Assembly (NCBI GenBank): GCA_964019425.1
Contig: OZ025799.1
Coordinates: forward strand, 1,178,001 to 1,242,000
Source of the DNA: Flectonema sp. DT1601
Lineage: Eukaryota
DNA length: 64,000 bases
Direction of reading: 5' to 3'
A model generated the notes under the pieces. It saw nothing but the letters and a program-made list of their open reading frames with translations, made no database searches and was not told where the DNA came from. This document shows, in pieces, positions 13,001 to 28,000 of the stretch. The stretch's first letter is position 1. Every line of letters starts with the position of its first letter. Both the position numbers and the translations under genes were made by a program.

Positions 13001-16000
13001 TTATCTGGTGTTGTGGGTGTTCAGAAATCAATTGTTAGATGTAACATAATCGATAGCGTTAATCCAAACAGGATCATCACAGTCGAGACTACTATTTCAT
13101 TAGTTGAGAGTAGAGAACAAGTATGTGGACCAGTAGTGTTGCCATCTTCAGCTACTCTCTCATCGTCATGTAGAAACGGTTCCTTCCTGACTTCTATTTC
13201 TGATCCATCTTGTACCTCGCAATGCCTTCCTGGATTCCAATTACAAACTCCTTTTACGGGAACCTTTTCCTGCCCTGCTATTGCTGGTTCTGGAATCGCA
13301 TGTGATCCAAATACATGTACAGTTGCTCCCGTGGTATCTGGCATTGATTTCAGTTATGTGTCATGCATCGGGAATCGAACTGGAGATGTTTGTACTGTTG
13401 AATGCCCGGTTGGGTTTGTAAAAAGTGATACTGTGAGAGACGATGAGTTAGAGTTTGAGTTACAATGCAACAACCAGGGCAGGATAATAAATAGATTGAA
13501 CATCACAAGGATTTGTGAGTCTGTTGAGTGTCCAGCTGTTTTCAAGTTCGGGATGATTCCAGGAGGGAACTGCACGTCAAATTCCATCAAAAACGACAGC
13601 AGTTGTCAAATCCAATGTGATACTGGTTTTATAACTACTACTATCGTATCACCGCACCAAAGACATACATTGAATTCTTCAGCTTATTGCCAAGTAGCAC
13701 CTCAATCTGGTACAACAACTTTATTCTACAACATCAATTGTACTAAAAGTTGTGAGGAGTACATCTGCCCTTCTCAGATGTCTCAACTTCCTAATCCGGA
13801 ACTTGCTTCATGTCCAAGTGGTATTTGTACTTCGAGTATGTGTTGTTTGGAATTATGTTCAAGTTTTGATTGTGTTTCTGGAAGAAGAATGCTTCCGAAG
13901 ATCAACTCTAACGGAATCGTATGCACATCAACGTCAGGTTGCACTGAAGAGGAATGTTGTGATCAGACTTGCGCCAGTAGTTTTGTATCTGATTGCGGTA
14001 TTGGATTCACTCTTAACGATAACTTAAATCAAATAAATTGTAACTCAACAACGTGTACGATATCTCAATGCTGTAGATCAACATGCGACAACACGGCATT
14101 CACTTACTGTCTTCCAGGTAGTGGGTATTCACTAAAAAGTGGATCCAGTTCGATTCCCTGTGGAGGTCCGAATCCACAAACCGATTGCGATATTGCGGTT
14201 TGTTGTAATCCAACGTGTTGCAGAGATGTTGAAATATGTATAAGATCTACAAGTAGTTTAGTGTTAGCAGCTGGCTATGAGAGTATCTCATGTCCATCTG
14301 GGACGTGTGTAGAGTCAGACTGCTGTGAAGTAAGTTGTCAAAATTATGTTTGTGATGCATCTCAGGGACTCACTCTTCGTGATGATCACCAAGCTATTGG
14401 TTGCAGCTTCAGTAGCGGATGTGCATCTTCTGACTGCTGTATTGATCGATGCCAGGGTGTTACTTGTACTTCAGTATCCACCTGCCACCTCCCTGGAACT
14501 TGTGATCCTACGACAGGCACCTGTTCCAACCCTCTAACTTCTGATGGTACCACTTGCTCCATAAGCACTCGGGCTGGAACCTGTTCGAGCGGAAGATGCA
14601 TTGCAACAGCAAGTTCAATTCCGTGTGGATCAAGTTCTTGTACCGATATTGGGCAGACATGCGTCACAACTAGGTGTCAGGATGCGGCTACTGGGACTTG
14701 TGGAACTGAAGTTGTTACTGTGGGGAGTTCTTGTTCAGATGGGAGCTTTGGAACTGTGAACGATATCTGTACAGCAGCTACCTGTTTTGGTTATAACACG
14801 AGAGACTACCAACCTTGTAGAGCTAGATCAGAATGTCACGAAGCATCCATCGTTAGTGGTGTTTGTATTCACACACTAAAAACAGATTTATCGACATGCA
14901 ATGATCAAGATTCCACAACAATTAACGACAGATGCCTTTCTGGTAAATGTATTGGAGACAAGAAGTGCCTTCGAACATGTAAACCCGTTCCGTGTCGTAT
15001 ATCAGAGTGCAATCCTGAAACAGGACTTTGTTCCTATACAAGAATACAATCAGATAACACTATTTGTGGTGTTAGTGTTGATGAGGTTTGTATTAGTGGT
15101 GAGTGTGTTAATAGGAACTGTTCTTGTTGTGAGCAGTCAAGGTCTCAATGTTTATCAATTAGTTGTGAAGGTAATTGTGTTCAAAATATAATAAGAAATG
15201 GAGAGGCGTGTACACCTCAGCAATTTAATGATTCGAGTTTTGAATATTATTGTCAACAAGGTGAGTGTCGTATGAATGTCACTCAAGTAACTGAAACCTT
15301 TCATCAATGCAGAGGTCTACAAGATGGTGTATTATGTAATGATCAGAATCCAACAACTTTCCCTGACTATTGCAACAACGGCCTCTGTATCGGTCTCGAC
15401 ATCTGCTCAAGAGAAACCTGTCCTATCAGAGAGTGCCATGCAATTCCTACCTGTGAATTATCACAATCATGGCAACAGATTGCTTCACTCATCAATCCAA
15501 CTAACATTTATAAAATATCTCTTTCAGATTTGATGTTAAACAGCAGTTCAGAGTTACAATTTCACACGTGTAGATATACTCCTGTTGGTGACAATATAAG
15601 ATGTCGTGGGGGTACTTGTCTATCTGGAATTTGTAGAAGAGAACTTACGTGTTACAATACGACTTGTGTCACAACTCGGTCTGAATGTAGAAATATAAAA
15701 TGCAGCGATGCTGTTATGGAATGTGTTGAGGAAAACCTTATTGATGGAACTCAGTGTAGTATCGGAAACTGTTTATCAGGTGAGTGCGTATCGTCTCAGG
15801 CGGGGATTGTATCTCCATGTTTGATAGCAGTTTGTGAAAGACAACTTCGTCTTGGACTTTGTGAACTTCCTGTGTGTTCTGAATCAGGGTGTTCTTCAAT
15901 AACAAAATTAAATAACATTCCTTGTGATGATAATAACGACAGAACGTATTCAGACAAGTGTCAATCTGGTGTTTGCATCGGTCAACGAACTTGTCTTTCA

Positions 16001-19000
16001 AACTGCGATCGAATTTGCAGAGCAAACGTAACCTGTGATGGTATTTCAGGAACTTGTTCTTCTCAACCATCACCTGATGGAAGTGTTTGTATCACAAGGA
16101 GATCAGAACCTGGATCTTGTCAAGATGGATGGTGTTATCCAACAAGACAATGTTCATTAACAACAACTGTGATTCCTGTTATTGAAAATTGTATTTCAGT
16201 TCAGTGCTATGATTCATCCTGTTGTGATAGCGGATGTGCCTACACTCCAACACCAAACTCCATCTGCAATGACAACAACGATGCCACAGTTGATGATCGA
16301 TGTATCTTTTCGGAACAATTAAATAAATATTACTGTTCTGGTAGAGAATTATGTCAAAACAAGATTTGTTGGCCGACCAATAGTTGTGAACTACAAGGAT
16401 TGTGTAATCCTCTAACAGGTGAATGTGAAAAAAGAGAAGTTTCAGATGGCATGCCTTGCGATGATAAAAACGTAACTACCATCCGAGACGCATGTTACAG
16501 AGGAACGTGTATTGGAGATGATTATTGTACTACACATTGTGTCTCTCAGAATCCTTGTTTGGTAGCTGTCTGTTCTCCAGAAGAACTCTTGGACGCCGAT
16601 CGATGTGTTTTTCTTCCTAAAAACGGAACATCCTGCGACGATCTCAACCCAAACACATTAAATGATACTTGTGATAATGGTTTCTGTTCTGGTACTATTA
16701 ATTGTATTCCAACAGGTGGTGGTCTTCTTCAGGTTTGTAAATCAACTCAGTGCCACACTCCTTCCTGCAATTCTAACGGTCAATGCACTCTCATCCCATC
16801 ATCATTCAATGTTCAATGTAATCCGAATAATGCTGCAAGTTCGATTCCGAGTCAGAGGTTTTTTGGAACATGTATTTCGGGATCTTGTAACGAAGATAAT
16901 GATTACTGTAATGGTATTAATTGTGTGTCTAGGAGTACTTGTACAGTAGCGAGGTGTGTTGGATATAGATTCAACCCTTCTAACAGAGGGTCTTGTGAAG
17001 CAATTAATCTCCCTGACTACACTGAATGTTTCAATCCAACAGCAAATAAAGACGGATTGTGTTTGTTTGGAACTTGTGTTGTATCACCAACGAACTTAAC
17101 AATAACAACACAACTTGTACCTGAACACAGGTGTTCTATGAGTGATAATTGCACTGATTTTAATGTTCTTACCAAAAATGATAGTTGTCAGTCAGGAGGG
17201 TTCTGTGCTGGTGGAATCTCATGTGGAAACACTACTTGTGTTAGACAGTCTCAATGTCATAATACTTTTTGTGAATCGAATGTTTGTATTCAAAGAATAA
17301 GTCAAGATTTCAGTCATTGTATTGACTACAACAACAACACCATCTCATCACATTGTCGTAGTGGTGTTTGTATCCCAAATGATAGATGTCAGGGAGTGTT
17401 TTGCCAAAGTTTGATAACTGGAGAATCAGATCAAAACAACAGCTATGCCTGTGTCAAGCCTAGCCCCTTCTTAGTCAACTCATCTGAAGTAATCTTAAAC
17501 ACGATTACCCAAAATACAATACCTGGTATATGTGATTCATCAACTGGTAGGTGTGTCGATTTATTTAAATTAACAATTCCTGTTCAAGAAGGTACGGCTT
17601 GTAATATTACAGACCAAGGAGGTAGATCTATGATGGGTGCTTGTCGAAGGGGAAGATGTATTTTAAATAGTGTGATTGAAATAATAGAACCGCAAACATG
17701 TCCACACGAATCTATTATTTGTAATAATATTATTGGAGTGAATTGTAGTGAAGTGAGACCTGTTTCTGATGGGACTCCGTGTTCGGATTACTCTCCGTTT
17801 ACGAGTAGTGGAAGTTGTCAAAACGGAGTTTGTATTTCAACCGATTCATGTGAAGGAGTTACTTGTGTACCCTCATCTGATTGTCATCATCAAGGTGAGT
17901 GTGCATTCGGTGTTTGCACAACACCAACAGTCTCCGACTACACTGATTGCGGTAATAACTTCTTCACGAATACTGATGACAATAATATTACTCAAAGTTG
18001 GTGTGTGTCTGGAATTTGTAGACCAAAAATAACAAATCCATGCACCAGCTGCACACAACCAGATGCCGCTGTTCTTCAATGCTATTCAGTAGTTCAAAAC
18101 AGATGTGACAACAGAACAGGTGTCTGTGAGATAATACCAAAACCGATCAACACTATTTGTGATGACTTTGACTCAGACACTGATACTGATATTTGTGTCA
18201 CTCAATCAACTGGTCAGCTGAAATGTTTAGGATCGATTACATGTAATGGTCAACGTTGTCAAAATAGTAATCAATGTCTACGACCGTATTGCAGTGGTAA
18301 TATCTGTACTAGCATTCCTGTTGAGAACACTATTAGAAAACAATGTGATGACGGGAATCCACTTACTCGCAATGACATTTGTATTAACGGTGAGTGCACA
18401 GGAGAGTTAATATGCGACAGCTCAACATGTGGTAGTGATACTGACTGTCAGATATCTGTTGGATGTTTATTTGGTTCATGTGTTCGTCATAATAAACCAG
18501 ACTTCACAAACTGTGATGACGGCATCTCAACAACAGCAAGAGATCATTGTCGTAATGGATTGTGTGTTGGGATTCAAATATCTGTCGCTATTGAAGATGG
18601 CTGTCCACTTACTCGATCGTCATGTCAATCTCCAAATCAATTTATTAGAAATCCAATCAGTAGTAACACGGCTGATTATTGTTCTGAGAATCCGCTACCA
18701 GATCTGATAGTTTGCGATGATAATAACCCAGACACTGTAATGGATACTTGTGATGATGGTGTTTGTGTTGGGGTTTTGTACTGTCCTGAGATGTGCAAAT
18801 CAAGTTCAGCTTGTAAAAAACCGGTTTGTCGATCTGGAGTCTGTACTCTGATAGACTTACCTGATGGAACGATGTGTGTTGACTATAATCAACAAACAGG
18901 TGAAGAAGTTTGTATGTCTGGAGTGTGTGTTGGAAACCATAAATGCGTTAGTGATCTCTGCCAACCTGAATCACAATGTCATATTAAAGGTTCCTGTCAG

Positions 19001-22000
19001 TTGGATAAATGTACGACACCAATCGCACCTGATGGAACTCCGTGTGATGATGGAAACCCAACCACAACAATGGATATCTGCACAAGAGGTATTTGTGTAG
19101 GTCAACCAAGATGTACAACAAGCTCTTCACAGTGTAATCAAATAGGGAATTCATTAACGAATTGTCTAACCACAACACTATCACAGAACTGTACTATTGG
19201 AAGTCCTGTTTGTGTGACTCAACCAACTCCAGATGGAGGATCTTGTAATGATCAAAACACACTTACAGTGAATGATACTTGTTATTCAGGAGTGTGTGTT
19301 GGTTTAATTCCTTGTGGTAATCAAGTCTGTTCAAGTCAGGGAATCTGTCAGAATCCAATATGCGTATCATCCAATCAGTGCGGGTTATCACCAAAACCTG
19401 ACAACACTCCATGTTATGACGGAAATGATACCACAATAAATGATATTTGTGTTTCAGGAAGGTGTGTTGGTACTTCTTTATGTCAAGATAAAGATTGCCC
19501 TGAGAGAGAATGTTTTGAGAGTGGTTGTGATATCAATACGGGTGATTGTTTTCTAAAAGTAAGACCAAACAAGACTCCGTGCAATGATAATAATCAAAAC
19601 ACTTTCGACGACATGTGCGATGACGGCATCTGTATTGGAACAGCTTTCTGCAGTAATTCAAACCAATGCACCACCACATCATCATCATCATCATCATCGT
19701 CATGTATATTATCGTCTTACTGCAATCAGTTTTCCGGTTCGTGTGAAATTTCATACATAGCAAATGGAACAGAATGCGTATTAAATAACAACGCATCTGG
19801 TGTATGTGAATCGGGTGTTTGTTCTCAACAAGTAGACTTACCGTGTAGTGATAATTGCAGTACAACTATAACGCAATGTATTGTAAATAATTGTTATGGA
19901 GATGTGTGTAGTTCTTCATACGCGACTATTGGCACGGCATGTAATGATCACATCGACGATACGATGAATGACAGGTGTACATCTCATGGTTTATGTTCAG
20001 GAAGGGTTCTATGTCGAGATAGTAGTTGTAATCCTCAGTCTCAATGTCACTATTCAGGTACTTGTGATTCAGCTACTGGAGTCTGTTCAAATCCTCAAAA
20101 GCCAGATCTTTCACCTTGTGATGATTTAAACCCAACAACAGTAAGAGATTCTTGTTTGAATGGTATCTGTGTAGGAATCCCTCAAGGAGGTCTCTGTAAT
20201 AATGTAATCTGTGGTGTTAATACTTTATCGTGTAGGGAATCGATTGGTATTTGTAATCCTCAAAATGGTATTTGTGAATACGCAATTAGATCTGATGGTC
20301 AGCAATGTGATGATTCGAACTCAATCAGTCTCTCTGACAGGTGTCATTCAGGAGTTTGTGTTGGTACAGTACCTTGTTTAGAGAACTGTGAATCACTATC
20401 ATGGTGTATGATTGCTGTCTGTAGACAATCTCGATGTCAAATGATTCCAAAACTTGATGGAACTCAATGTGATGATTCAAACCCGTTAACACAAAATGAT
20501 ATTTGTACTTCAGGAACGTGTCTTGGTCAAGTTCCTCAATGTATGACAACTACATATGAATGTAATACAACAACTGTTTGTATTAATAAATTAACAACAA
20601 TCACTACCACCACTGTCACTAACAGTCTTCATGGAACTCCATGTGATGGAGGAGATTCCACAACTACTGGATCTGCGTGTTCATTTGGTATTTGTATCGG
20701 ATTTAATAAATGTCTTTTGTATAGAGCATCTGAAAAGTGTGATATCAGAAAGCAATGTTCATACACCACAACATGTGATTCAGAAACCGGATCATGTCGT
20801 GAGATACTTCTACCTGACAACACTGACTGTGATGATGGTAATGTATTAACAATCTCTGATAAGTGTTTTCAAGGTCATTGCAGAGGTGAATTAATTCAAA
20901 CAACGTGTCCAACATGCAGATCATCATCACAATGTCACATTGCTTCATGTGAGAACAGTGTCTGTACGCAAACACAAGCACCTGATGGTTTTCAATGCAA
21001 TGACTTAAACCCATCAACGATAAATGACAGATGTACATCAGGTATTTGTATTGGAACAGATCTCTGTCAGGGAATCTCTTGTGTTGAAACTTCAAATTCA
21101 TTTTCTTGTTTTGAGAGTTCAAACACCAATTGTTATAATGGTGTTTGTTATTATGAATACTCGCCATCTGATAAGGTTTGTGATGATTTATTATCCGTCA
21201 CCACAACAGATGTTTGTACTCCTGGTGGTTGTGGAACAACAACTCAATGTGGTAATCAATTGTGTACCTCATCAAATCCACAATGTCATTATAGTTTGTG
21301 TCAAAATAATATTTGTGTTGAGATCCAGAAACCTGATAACACTGAGTGTTATATTCCAACAACAGTTGGTCGGCTGTACAGTTATTCTCTTCCTGCAGTT
21401 GGAACGATGGAATGCCAATCTGGAATTTGTGTTTCCACATCAAAATGCTTTGGAGTGTTTTGTTCCTCATTAACTCAATGTCACCTTCCTGGAGTTTGTT
21501 TAGAGTCTTCTGGTGAGTGTACGAATCCAACAAAGCCAACCACCGCTTGTGATGACGGTAATCCCACAACAATAAACGACGTCTGCACTAATGGTGTTTG
21601 TCAAGGAAGAGCTCCTTGTGATGGAATTAGTTGTGTTGATGTTACTAACGGAGGTATTCAATCTTGTTATGAATCCCAAGGTCGATGTAACACAACTACT
21701 TCACTCTGTGAATATAATCAAAAACCAGATGGTACCGTATGTGATGATGGTAATACGGATACGGAAACTGATATTTGTAGATCAGGAGTTTGTTCAGGAA
21801 CATTAATATGTTCATCATCAACACAAACTAATCAATGCACACCTGACATGTATCAAAACAATGAATGTCTTCGACCATCCTGTAGTGGATCAAGTTGTGT
21901 TATCCTTACATTAAATGGTTCTTTATGTAATGATAAAGATCCAAACACTGCTAATGACATCTGTTCAACAACAGGAGTATGTAGAGGTGTTCCATTATGT

Positions 22001-25000
22001 GATAATATATTAAATACATGCACTCCTCTGTCAGATTGCTATCGATCTGAATGTACTTTCGGAAGGTGTCGTCAAGTAATGTTGTCAGATGGGATGATGT
22101 GTTTTGGTGGTCAATGTCAGGAGGGTGTTTGTAGAATTGGGAATTGTCCTCTTGGGAATTGTCAACAGAGGAGGTGCTCATCAACAGTTGAGGACTCGCC
22201 TTGTGATGATGGGAATCCAATTACAATAAATGATCGTTGTAGAAATGGTTTTTGTATTGGAGAATCAAGATGTAATTCTGTGACTTGTACTTCTCTATCA
22301 CAATGTCATGAGAGAGGGTCTTGTAATCCACAAACAGGACGGTGTAGCACTCCAACATCAGCTGACAACACTCCGTGTGATGATTCAAACCCAACTACTG
22401 TAATTGATGTTTGTACTTCTGGAACGTGTTCTGGTCAACTTCAATGTCTACGAGAACCATCACCATGCAGCCCCCCTTCAGAATGTAAAGAAGTAAACTG
22501 TGGTAGTGATGGCAGATGTTTAATTAGAAATAAATACGACCATTCCTCGTGTAGATCACCAAACTTTGAATGTCTCGGAGGAACTTGTATTCAAAAGAAT
22601 AGATGCTCTGGAGTTGTATGTACCCCAAGTGACAGCTGTCATTCTACTGGCAGTTGTGATCCAGAAACTGGATATTGCTCTGATCCGTTGTTAGGAGAAG
22701 GAACTCCTTGTGTTGTTGGTAATTATACATCAACTTGTTCAGGGAATGGTGTTTGTATTAGGAAGAATAACTGCAGTAGTGTTGCAACCCCTGGAGGATG
22801 TCACACAAACACACGTTGTAAGACCGTCAGGTGCACTACTGAAGGACTTTGTGTTATCGAAAATGAATATAATTTTACAAAATGTAATGACGGGAATCCA
22901 GAAACCATAAACGATAATTGTATAAATGGGATCTGTGTTGGAACTAATCTCTGTAATGGTCATACTTGTGGAAGTGATAATCAATTACTTTGTATGTCAT
23001 CATCTAATTCATGTAATCGACTGACAGGTCTTTGTGAACAACGACAACCTCTTCAAGACGGATCCACATGCACAGATTACAACACTGCTACTGTTCATGA
23101 TAGTTGTCAAGCAGGTAGTTGTGTTGGAACAACAACATGTTCTGGTGAAACATGTAAACCATCAGATCAATATTGTATGACATCTACCTGTTCTGATAGT
23201 GATGGTTGTGGTTATGTTCAATTACCAAATGGTGTAGCGTGTGATGACTACAATCAGTTTACAACTACAGATAGATGTCTTAATGGAGTCTGTGTTGGTA
23301 TTAATTTATGTCAGAATGTGACCTGTTCTCTTCCAACAGACTCAAACACGACTTGTTTTGATTCAACGACGTGCGACTACCAAACTGGTAAGTGTTTAAC
23401 AATACCAAAACCAGATATGACTTTTTGTAAACATCAAAACGCTGAATCAGGAGTTTGTATCCGAGGTCTATGTAGTCCTTTATTGAAATGTGACTCTCAG
23501 TTGAGAACTACTCCAGTTGAATGCCCAGAGATCTCTGTGGTGTCATCTCTTCATCCTTGTATTATAAATACTTGTCCTGGAATAGATACAAATACCTGCA
23601 TTCAACGAAATCAACTCGATGGTGTTTCTTGTCTCATAAACAATCCCCAGACTGGTGGTATATTAGGACCTGGATTTTGCAGAAACGGAGTGTGTGTTTC
23701 ATCAATCACCCAGGATCGAACTTGCCGTGCGGGACAGTGTCGGAGTGATCAGTGTCAAGATAGTACTTGTGACGTTAGAACAGGCAATTGTCAAATTGTG
23801 AATAAAAATCAGCATGAGCAATGTGACGATGGAAACTCAGGAACGACAACAGACAGCTGCGTTGGTGATGGAAGCTGTCAAGGGGAGACGATTTGTAACG
23901 GACAGTCATGTGGATTTAATTCTCAGTGTTCTACTTATGAATGTAAAAACGGTATTTGCATCACTACAAACAAACCCTCTGGAACTCCCTGTAATGACAA
24001 CCTCTCAGAGACGATGACTGACAGCTGTAATGGTGAAGGTACCTGCGTGGGAATTTCAATATGTTCGTTTTTAAGTTGCAATACATTTCCCTTACTTGAT
24101 TGTAACAGTGCTCCTTTTTGTGATGTTTCACTTCAGAGATGTCTGTACACACCACTGACGGATTACACTTCATGTGGAAATAGTACTGGAATTTGCATGG
24201 GAGGAAGCTGTTTGGTAAATAGCACTCAAAATTGTGGAACAGTTGAACACTGCGCACCAACTAACCCTCAATGTGAAACTGTTAGTTGTGTTAATAGTAA
24301 TTGTGTTCAGATACCGAAATTAAACGGCACAGCATGCACTGATTACAACCCAAACACTTTATTTGACTACTGCTATGAAGGAAGATGTATAGGAATAGAT
24401 CTGTGTGAGAATGTGACGTGTCCAGAAGTACGATGTCAGATAAATAACTTTTGTCAACACCACACTGGAACTTGTTATTATATTCCGATGACTGACGGAA
24501 GCAGCTGTAATAATAATAACAAATGTTTTAGTGGAGTCTGTCTCAGTGAAGCAGCACCACAGTGTGGATCATCAGGCGTTCAATCAACATGTCCAAAACC
24601 AAATGATGTTCGTTGTCAAGATGCGATTTGTCATCAGAATGGAACTTGTATTCTATCAAATAAATTTGATGGAACTCCTTGTGACGATCTCAGTCAGTTT
24701 TCCGTTGATGATAAATGTGTTTCTGGGCAATGCATTGGACAACAATTATGCAACAATAGATTCTGTGATAACCAAGACTTTGGAGGTTCCCTAAACCCCT
24801 GCAACACCCCTTCGATATGTAACTACACTACTGGTGGTTGTATTTCGTCGTGTAATTCTGAAAGTCTGCAATGTAAGAACGCTCAGAATGGAACCACCTG
24901 CACAGACAACAATCCATCAACAATAAATGATAAATGCGTATCAGAAATATGTATTGGAAGTAATCAATGCGATGACATCACATGTGATAATTCGATTATT

Positions 25001-28000
25001 ACAAACAATCGTTGTATTCAACGTGTTGATTGCAATCCTTTGACAGGTTTGTGTGAACAGTTTTATCGTCCAGAGATGACTCCCTGCTCTGATAACGATC
25101 CAACCACAACACAAGATGTTTGTATTGCAGGAAGTTGTGTTGGAAGAGTTCCTTGTGGAGGATCATTCTGTCCTTTGAGTGAAAAGTTTTGTAAGATTGC
25201 TGTTTGTTTATCTAACAATACGTGTTCTGAAATCTCATCTGAGAATGGTATTTGGTGTACTGATGACAACCCGATGACTACAAGTGATAGTTGTAATAAT
25301 GGATTGTGTACTGGTGTTTCTTTATGTAACTCCGCAAGTTGTGATCTCAGTCAACATCATCAACTCAATTCTCAATGTTATGATGACAACATGAGATGTA
25401 ATCCTCAATCAGGTCAATGTTTAGTCACAGAAAAACAATACCAAACAACATGTACTGACGGTAATCCTTTTACACAAAATGATACTTGTCTTAACGGTAC
25501 TTGTTCTGGATTATTAACATGCTCTGATACACTTTGTGTTACTCACGAGATGTGTAAAATGGCTATTTGTAACACAACCTGTTTTGTGATAAATAGATTT
25601 GATGGTTACCCTTGCACAGATAACAATGAGACAACAGGTCTTGATGTCTGTATGTCAGGTGTTTGTGTTGGAAGTAATCTTTGTGAAGGCAGCAGATGTT
25701 CGATTGAATTATCAGACAGAACTTGTCATCAATCAGCTACGTGTAATCCACAAACAGGACAATGTGAAGCAGTATTATTACCAAATGGAACTACTTGTGT
25801 TGATCACTCAACTGGAAGGAATGGAATCTGTTTTAGTGGTAGTTGCAAACCTGATACCATATGTGGAAGTGAGAGATGTCAAAATAATAATATCAACTCA
25901 TGCTATGAATACGATTGTGGTTTAACTGCTACTCCAACATGCAGATCAATTCCATCTCCTGATAATGTCTATTGTGGTACTGTCGGGAGATGTAAAAATG
26001 GAATCTGCGTTGAGACCGCTCCCGCAATCCAAAACCGATACATCACACCTGATCAAAATACGAACCCTTGTATTGAAGAAACATGTAATCTTGTATCTGG
26101 TGTATGTAGTAGTACAGTCGTATCAAATGGTACTGAATGTTATCAAAATATCACTTCATCAAAACTTGGTACCTGTCATTTAGGAACATGTCTTCCTGAC
26201 GTTAGTTGTGGATCGATGTTTACGTGTTATAATTTATATCTTCAGGGGGTCTTGGGTTCTGAACTTTCAGTTTGCCAACAATTTGAATGCACGTCAGGTG
26301 TTAACGGAGCTTGTGTTCGAACTCCATCACCTCGTGGAACTCTTTGTGGTCGTAGTGGTGAATGCATTAATGGAATATGTGTTCAAAATGGACTCAGCAC
26401 ATGTCAAAGAAGTTGTAAATCAGAACAACCAACAGCTTTGGATTGCATTGCTAGTGATGGAAGTGTTCAGAAACCTGATGGTGAAGTCTGCAACACTTTA
26501 TCAGGACGATGTTATTCAGGAGTTTGTACATCAGAGGTTCTCTGCGGTGATTATAAATGTTTTCCAAATGATATTCAATGTCAGGTAGCAGTCTGTGTTT
26601 CTGGTCAGTGCAGTAGTATTCCTGCTATCGAAGGTAAACCTTGTAATGATTTCAAAACAATCACAACGGGTGACAGATGCATTGCAGGTAAGTGTATTGG
26701 GATCGATCTTTGCAGAAATGTTATTTGCTCGGCGACAAACAATTGTCATTTTGGAGGAACTTGTAATCCCTCAACAGGATTGTGTAGCTCACCTAGAAAA
26801 CCAACCAACACAGAATGTGATGATAACAATTCAGAAACCCCTTCTAGTTATTGTTTGAGTGGAATTTGTGTTGGAGTTATCCAATGTGGTATTCCTGCTG
26901 TGTCGTGTCAACCAACTAGAACGAATTGTTTTAAAATCGAGTGTCAAGGAAATGGTTGCGTAACAACCCAACAACCTGATGGTACTCTTTGTGATGATGA
27001 GAACATTCAAACACAAAATGACACATGTAATAGTGGTCTCTGTTCTGGTTCGATTATTAATTGTGCGACTTCAGTTGGAATTCAATCATCGAATATATTA
27101 TCTCAGCAATGTCAGGTGGTCTCAAATCCTGAATCCGTTTCTTGTAATAATCAAATATGCACGGATCTCACATGCTGTCAAACATGTGTAAACTATAACA
27201 CAAACGTATGCAAGTGTAGAGCTCTACAGCACTATCCTAATCAAATAACATGTCCAGTAGGAGGATGCAATGCAGCAGATTGCTGTAGTAGTCCGATTGC
27301 CATTTCCAACATAACTCTTGAAACCACTCTCACACTCGAACAGTTAAATAGTCAGATGACAAAACAAAAACTAATTTCTGACATTCACAATTCCTTATCA
27401 TCTCTTGGTACTGATCGGTACATGATTGAAGATACTTGGAATGGTGTTGTCGTTGTTGGTGTTTCTGGGTCGGTTTTAAGATTTCAAATCGCAAGTAGAT
27501 TATACACTAATAATAACATCTTTACGAACCTTGTTAAATTATCACTTGAGAACTCTATTAGGAATGGAAGAATACTTTCAGCAAGAAGGGTCCTCTCAAC
27601 CAGCAGCATTACATTAGAAGAGCGTGAGGGTCAAAATCCAGTAGTGTTGGTATCGATGAGAACGACTACAGATGCTGAAATATTTTCAAATCCATTGCGG
27701 TCATCAGAATTGTCTTCTTATAAATCACAGTTATCCTCATCGTTAGATATAAGTACAGAGTTGATATCTGCATTTACTGTTGGAGAGACAACTCGAATGC
27801 CACCACAAACTCAAATCACTTATTCTGTTACTCCATGCGCATTCTCTGCAACAGAAGCCAGATTGGATGTACAAAAGAAACTCCAACAGCTGGTTGCGGA
27901 TTTGTCAAATGTTTTGGGGATAAAATCATTTACCGCATCGGGTGTTAGTGGAATGTCATTCCAAGCAGTTTTATACATTTCTTTTACACCTGATGTGAGT